Assembly (NCBI GenBank): GCA_963850465.1
Contig: CAWKLN010000044.1
Location: forward strand, 37,401 to 101,400
Direction: 5' to 3'
Source of the DNA: an uncultured delta proteobacterium
GTDB lineage: Bacteria > Desulfobacterota > Desulfobacteria > Desulfobacterales > UBA5852
DNA length: 64,000 nt
Both the position numbers and the translations under genes were made by a program. Numbering within the stretch: the first letter of the stretch is position 1; the number at the start of each line of letters is the position of its first letter. Of the stretch, positions 60,574-64,000 are shown piece by piece. The notes under the pieces were generated by a model. That model saw nothing but the letters and a program-made list of their open reading frames with translations. It ran no database searches and was not told the DNA's origin.

Positions 60574-61653
60574 CTATCCGGAGCGCCGTTCATGAAACGC
60601 CCGGGCCAAGCGGCCGTCTTCTGCCAGCAGACGGTCGATCATTTCCAAAATTGCCGCGTTCCCCGTGGCGACATAATCAGATAGACGTCTTTTAAACTCG
60701 GGCAGATGGTAGAGGAAATCACCAATGGCCTCCGATGTTACGCGCCGCAGATTCAGACCGTAGCCAAGCTGTGCCAGGAACACGGCATTGATCTCTTGCT
60801 CGAACTGCCCCCGCATGGGAAGCGCCAGATAGGGTTTGTGCAGGTGAAGGGCCTCGGTAATAAGTGTGAACCCGGCTGTGGCCATGACCGCCTTACAGGC
60901 CGCCAGATCTTGAAGAAACCCGTCCCGAGCGGGAGACTTGAACACCAAATTACCTTCCTCTCGGGTTTCCCCGCAACCGTAGACGATAAAACGCTCACGA
61001 GCAAATCCCCTGAGTTGCTCGAGAAACGATTCGAAACCACTGGTCAAGTATACAAGGATATGGTCAGTTTCTGTGGCCTTGAGCCCTAAAACTTCGTCAC
61101 GCAAGATGGGCGGGAAGAGAAAGGTTCGGTCGTTCTTGGTTTCTCCGAAATAGAACGTGGTCACCAAGGAAACGTCCGGTCGTGGCACCATGGCCCGAAT
61201 GATATTTTCTGTCAAAACCTGATCCGATTTGAAATCAGACGGGCAGGCATAGGCCATGTAACGCAGGCGATGTTGATTGTCGACCGTCACCAGGGGGAGG
61301 TCATAGTAATTGGCCAGGTAAGCCGTCATGGGTTCGAAATCCGTGAAGACCACCATCGGCGGATCTTCCCGGAACAACCGAGCTTTGATTTCGTTCAGCT
61401 TGCGTCGTCCCTGGGGCAGCCGCTGCAGGTTGTCCATGATGGTACGTCGCTTGGAAACCTGGTTTTCGCAACTGCTGATATGAAGACCTTCGGTTTCGAA
61501 TACCTCGAAGCGATCCCGCAGATTACGATAACCGCGGTCATAGCTGACGATCGAGACATGATGTCCCCGGTGTTCCAGGTGGGCGGCAATGACCTGTGCG
61601 CGCGACGAATGGCCGGATCCCTCTCCGGACACGCCATATACGATGTGCGCCAT
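60574..61653 (-). CDS. Glycosyltransferase (GT-B fold, MJ1255/MGT-like family)
   Basis: 359 aa. The N-terminal GVSGEGSGHSSRAQVIAAHL glycine-rich loop is typical of this family. Confidence 0.6.
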   Translation of the reverse strand: MAHIVYGVSGEGSGHSSRAQVIAAHLEHRGHHVSIVSYDRGYRNLRDRFEVFETEGLHISSCENQVSKRRTIMDNLQRLPQGRRKLNEIKARLFREDPPMVVFTDFEPMTAYLANYYDLPLVTVDNQHRLRYMAYACPSDFKSDQVLTENIIRAMVPRPDVSLVTTFYFGETKNDRTFLFPPILRDEVLGLKATETDHILVYLTSGFESFLEQLRGFARERFIVYGCGETREEGNLVFKSPARDGFLQDLAACKAVMATAGFTLITEALHLHKPYLALPMRGQFEQEINAVFLAQLGYGLNLRRVTSEAIGDFLYHLPEFKRRLSDYVATGNAAILEMIDRLLAEDGRLARAFHERRSG

Positions 61654-61732
61654 GATCGAGTCCCTGTTCGATTGAATGCGTCACCAGCAAGCGGCGTTGA
61701 TCGGGATGCTGGAGGCAACGCCGGTTTGAAAA

Positions 61733-62578
61733 CTAGGATCCGCCTTTGTATGATGCGTAGCGGACGGCATTTTTGCCGTCCTGTTTGATGGCCCGCATGA
61801 GCTTTTCGGACATCTTGATCATGGCACGCGCCGCGGGCGGGACATGGTAGAAGGTGACCACGGCTACGCTGAATGTTATCGGCCAGCGCTTGTCTTCCAT
61901 TTCTTCCGCCAGCTGTTCGCCGATTTTGGGAATGACGATTTTAGCGGCGGCAAGATCCGTTTCCGGCAACAAGATGACAAACTCATCCCCCCCGAGACGT
62001 GCCACGCGGTCGGTGGCCCGCAAATACTTCATCATCGTGCGGGCCACCTTCTGTAGAACCATGTCGCCGACGGTATGGCCGAAACGGCTATTCACGCGCT
62101 TGAAATGATCCAGTCCGATATAGGCCAGCGTTACCGGACGTTTAAAGCGGGCACTCTTGCGGTGTTCGTTTTCTACGAGATTATAGAAGGCTCTGCTGTT
62201 CAAGGCACCGGTCAGAAAATCAACCAGTGACAAGGCCTGGGTTCGGGACTCGGCCTTGCGCAGGCGGGCCAGCAAGATGGCGAACACCCCGGCAATGGCC
62301 GTTAATGAAAAAAACTGCCACAACATGACCAGTGTGGAGGGAAACAGGCGTCCGGCATAATGGCCTGCCGCAAGCCAGGCCGCCGAACAGAATACGGCCA
62401 GCAACGTACCGGCCCCCGCGCCGGCATGCCAGGCCACGAAATAGACCGGCAGCAGGTAAATCGCCGTGAGCGTGACATGGCTGCCCGTCAGGTAGTCCAG
62501 CACCCCCACCACAGCGGCAGACGCCAGACCGATGGATAGAATGACGGCCTTGCCTTGTCCCTGTAATAAATCACGCAT
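61733..62578 (-). CDS. Membrane-anchored diguanylate cyclase (GGDEF) with an I-site
   Basis: ~110 aa of TM helices, then a GGDEF domain. RATDRVARLGGDEF gives an RxxD I-site at the canonical spacing before GGDEF. Confidence 0.85.
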   Translation of the reverse strand: MRDLLQGQGKAVILSIGLASAAVVGVLDYLTGSHVTLTAIYLLPVYFVAWHAGAGAGTLLAVFCSAAWLAAGHYAGRLFPSTLVMLWQFFSLTAIAGVFAILLARLRKAESRTQALSLVDFLTGALNSRAFYNLVENEHRKSARFKRPVTLAYIGLDHFKRVNSRFGHTVGDMVLQKVARTMMKYLRATDRVARLGGDEFVILLPETDLAAAKIVIPKIGEQLAEEMEDKRWPITFSVAVVTFYHVPPAARAMIKMSEKLMRAIKQDGKNAVRYASYKGGS

Positions 62579-62657
62579 GCTAAGATGACGACCTTCCCGG
62601 GCTTTTAAAACGTTCAGCCACCCCCATTGTGGTCAGCACGATATGGGATGTCCGCCC

Positions 62658-63077
62658 CTATTCCAGGACAAACTGGACCGATGCGAGTGTGTTGTCGGCG
62701 CTGTCCAGCAGATAGACTTTCCAGTTGCCTTTCTGGCCCATGGTCTTTTTGCTGGTATACGTGCGCCAGCGGGAGCCTTGACCGATGGACAGCGGGACAC
62801 GGGCCACTTCCTGCTCCTCGTGGTACCAGGCCATCTGTACTTCCGTGGTCTCCTGGATATCGCGGGCCTCGAGAAAACAGAAGACCGTTTCCGTGCCGGC
62901 CGGAAAGACATCCGTCACATTGATGGGGTCACGATTCTGGATATTTTCACAAACCACCAGCCGGGCCACGGAAAAAGGGCCGGACTGAGACATGGCGGCC
63001 ATCGGTAAACCCGCCAGCAGCATCAATAAGACCCCCAGAACAACACCTCGTCGCATAGGTGAAAGAACTGTTTTCAT
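62658..63077 (-). CDS. Secreted DUF2914-like protein
   Basis: 139 aa with a signal peptide. VARLVVCENIQNRDPINVTDVF..VFCFLEA resembles the DUF2914 pattern. Confidence 0.5.
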   Translation of the reverse strand: MKTVLSPMRRGVVLGVLLMLLAGLPMAAMSQSGPFSVARLVVCENIQNRDPINVTDVFPAGTETVFCFLEARDIQETTEVQMAWYHEEQEVARVPLSIGQGSRWRTYTSKKTMGQKGNWKVYLLDSADNTLASVQFVLE

Positions 63078-63110
63078 TACAAATTCCCTTCTTCAGGTAA
63101 CGTTATTGGG

Positions 63111-64000
63111 TTATAGCAAGCTCTGATCGACGGGCATCCCCATGGCGTGATAGCCCTTGTCCACATATAGCACCGTGCCGGTAATCCCGCTGGCCAGCGA
63201 ACTACAGAGAAAAGCCGCGGCCTGCCCGACCTCGTCTGATCGCAGGGACTCCGGAAGCGGTGCGTTCCGGGCCACATAATCCACCATGCGATCGATCTCG
63301 CCGATGGCCGAGGCCGCCCGGGACGCCAATGGTCCGGCCGAAATGCAGTTCACCCGCAGACCATAGCGACGGCCGGCCTCATGGGCCAGGACCCGGACAT
63401 CACTCTCCAATGCGGCCTTGGCGGAGCTCATGCCGCCACCATACCCCGGGATGACCCGTTGGCCGGCCAGATAGGACAACGCCATGAAGGCGCCGCCGGA
63501 CGACATCAACGGCGCCAGATGGCGGACCATGGCCACCATGGAGTAGGCGCTGACACTCAGCGCGGCCAGATAGCCGTTGCGGCTCGTATCGATCAGGGGG
63601 TTGCGCACTTCCGGCCCATTGGCCAGAGAATGCACCACAATATCCAGCGATTCGTCCCCGAAATCTTTGCGCCATTGGGACACCAGGCCTGCGATGGAAT
63701 AATCGCCGACATTTTGATAGCGTTTGTTGGTCCGGATATCTTCCGGAACATCGTCCAGGGTATCGAAGGCTGCGTCCAGGGGATATATGCGTTCAAATTC
63801 CAGAAGATGGCCGTCACGCATCGTGCGCGAGCGGTCTAATTTGCCGCGCTCGATCAGTTTGGCAAAAATATTCCAGGTCGGCGGCCATGTCCCCACGCAC
63901 ACCGAAGCCCCCGCCTCTGCCAGCGCCTTGGCAATGGCAAACCCGTAGCCCTTATCATCCGCCACGCCGGCCACCAGGGCGCGGCGTCCATGAAGATCAA
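63111..64000 (-). CDS. fabI: Enoyl-ACP reductase FabI; N-terminus runs off the window
   Basis: The ORF stays open upstream of the listed GTG (..DLHGRRALVAGVADDKGYGFAIAKAL). Contains YGGGMSSAKAALE (Y-x6-K). Confidence 0.85.
   Translation of the reverse strand, partial: DLHGRRALVAGVADDKGYGFAIAKALAEAGASVCVGTWPPTWNIFAKLIERGKLDRSRTMRDGHLLEFERIYPLDAAFDTLDDVPEDIRTNKRYQNVGDYSIAGLVSQWRKDFGDESLDIVVHSLANGPEVRNPLIDTSRNGYLAALSVSAYSMVAMVRHLAPLMSSGGAFMALSYLAGQRVIPGYGGGMSSAKAALESDVRVLAHEAGRRYGLRVNCISAGPLASRAASAIGEIDRMVDYVARNAPLPESLRSDEVGQAAAFLCSSLASGITGTVLYVDKGYHAMGMPVDQSLL

Overview
GC-rich bacterial chromosomal window. I saw no rRNA, tRNA, CRISPR array, integrase or transposase; taxonomy is not assignable by eye. 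About two thirds is respiration and central metabolism. (1) 776-13796, minus strand: one ~13-kb, 13-gene unit that interleaves Alternative Complex III genes (actB-C-D-F-A, actE-like) with a cbb3 oxidase (ccoN, ccoO-cytochrome c fusion, CcoS-like, small membrane proteins, ccoI-type ATPase). A partial ubiG lies downstream. (2) 14046-19271: an intact E1alpha/E1beta/E2/E3 2-oxoacid dehydrogenase operon. (3) 19567-25041: a sucA-sucB-lpd operon with seven single-base frame disruptions. Nearby are fumC and lplA. (4) 53746-60331: cydABX (cydA frameshifted) divergent from cydDC. The rest is accessory or signalling. It includes an AT-richer 769-aa protein with a divergent class III nucleotidyl-cyclase-like C-terminus, a LITAF-like zinc-ribbon membrane protein, lipoproteins, DUF99 and DegV proteins, MscS, two FHA proteins, a CHASE2 Ser/Thr kinase, a GGDEF cyclase and a partial fabI. 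The best non-coding find is a GEMM-I (c-di-GMP-I) riboswitch with promoter and intrinsic terminator in the kinase-FHA leader (about 44139-44332). The other main points are the clustered frameshifts in the OGDH operon, the cyclase-like orphan and the interleaved ACIII/cbb3 architecture. I did not find a clear-cut novel multi-gene system. All calls come from reading translated motifs by eye; no database search was run.
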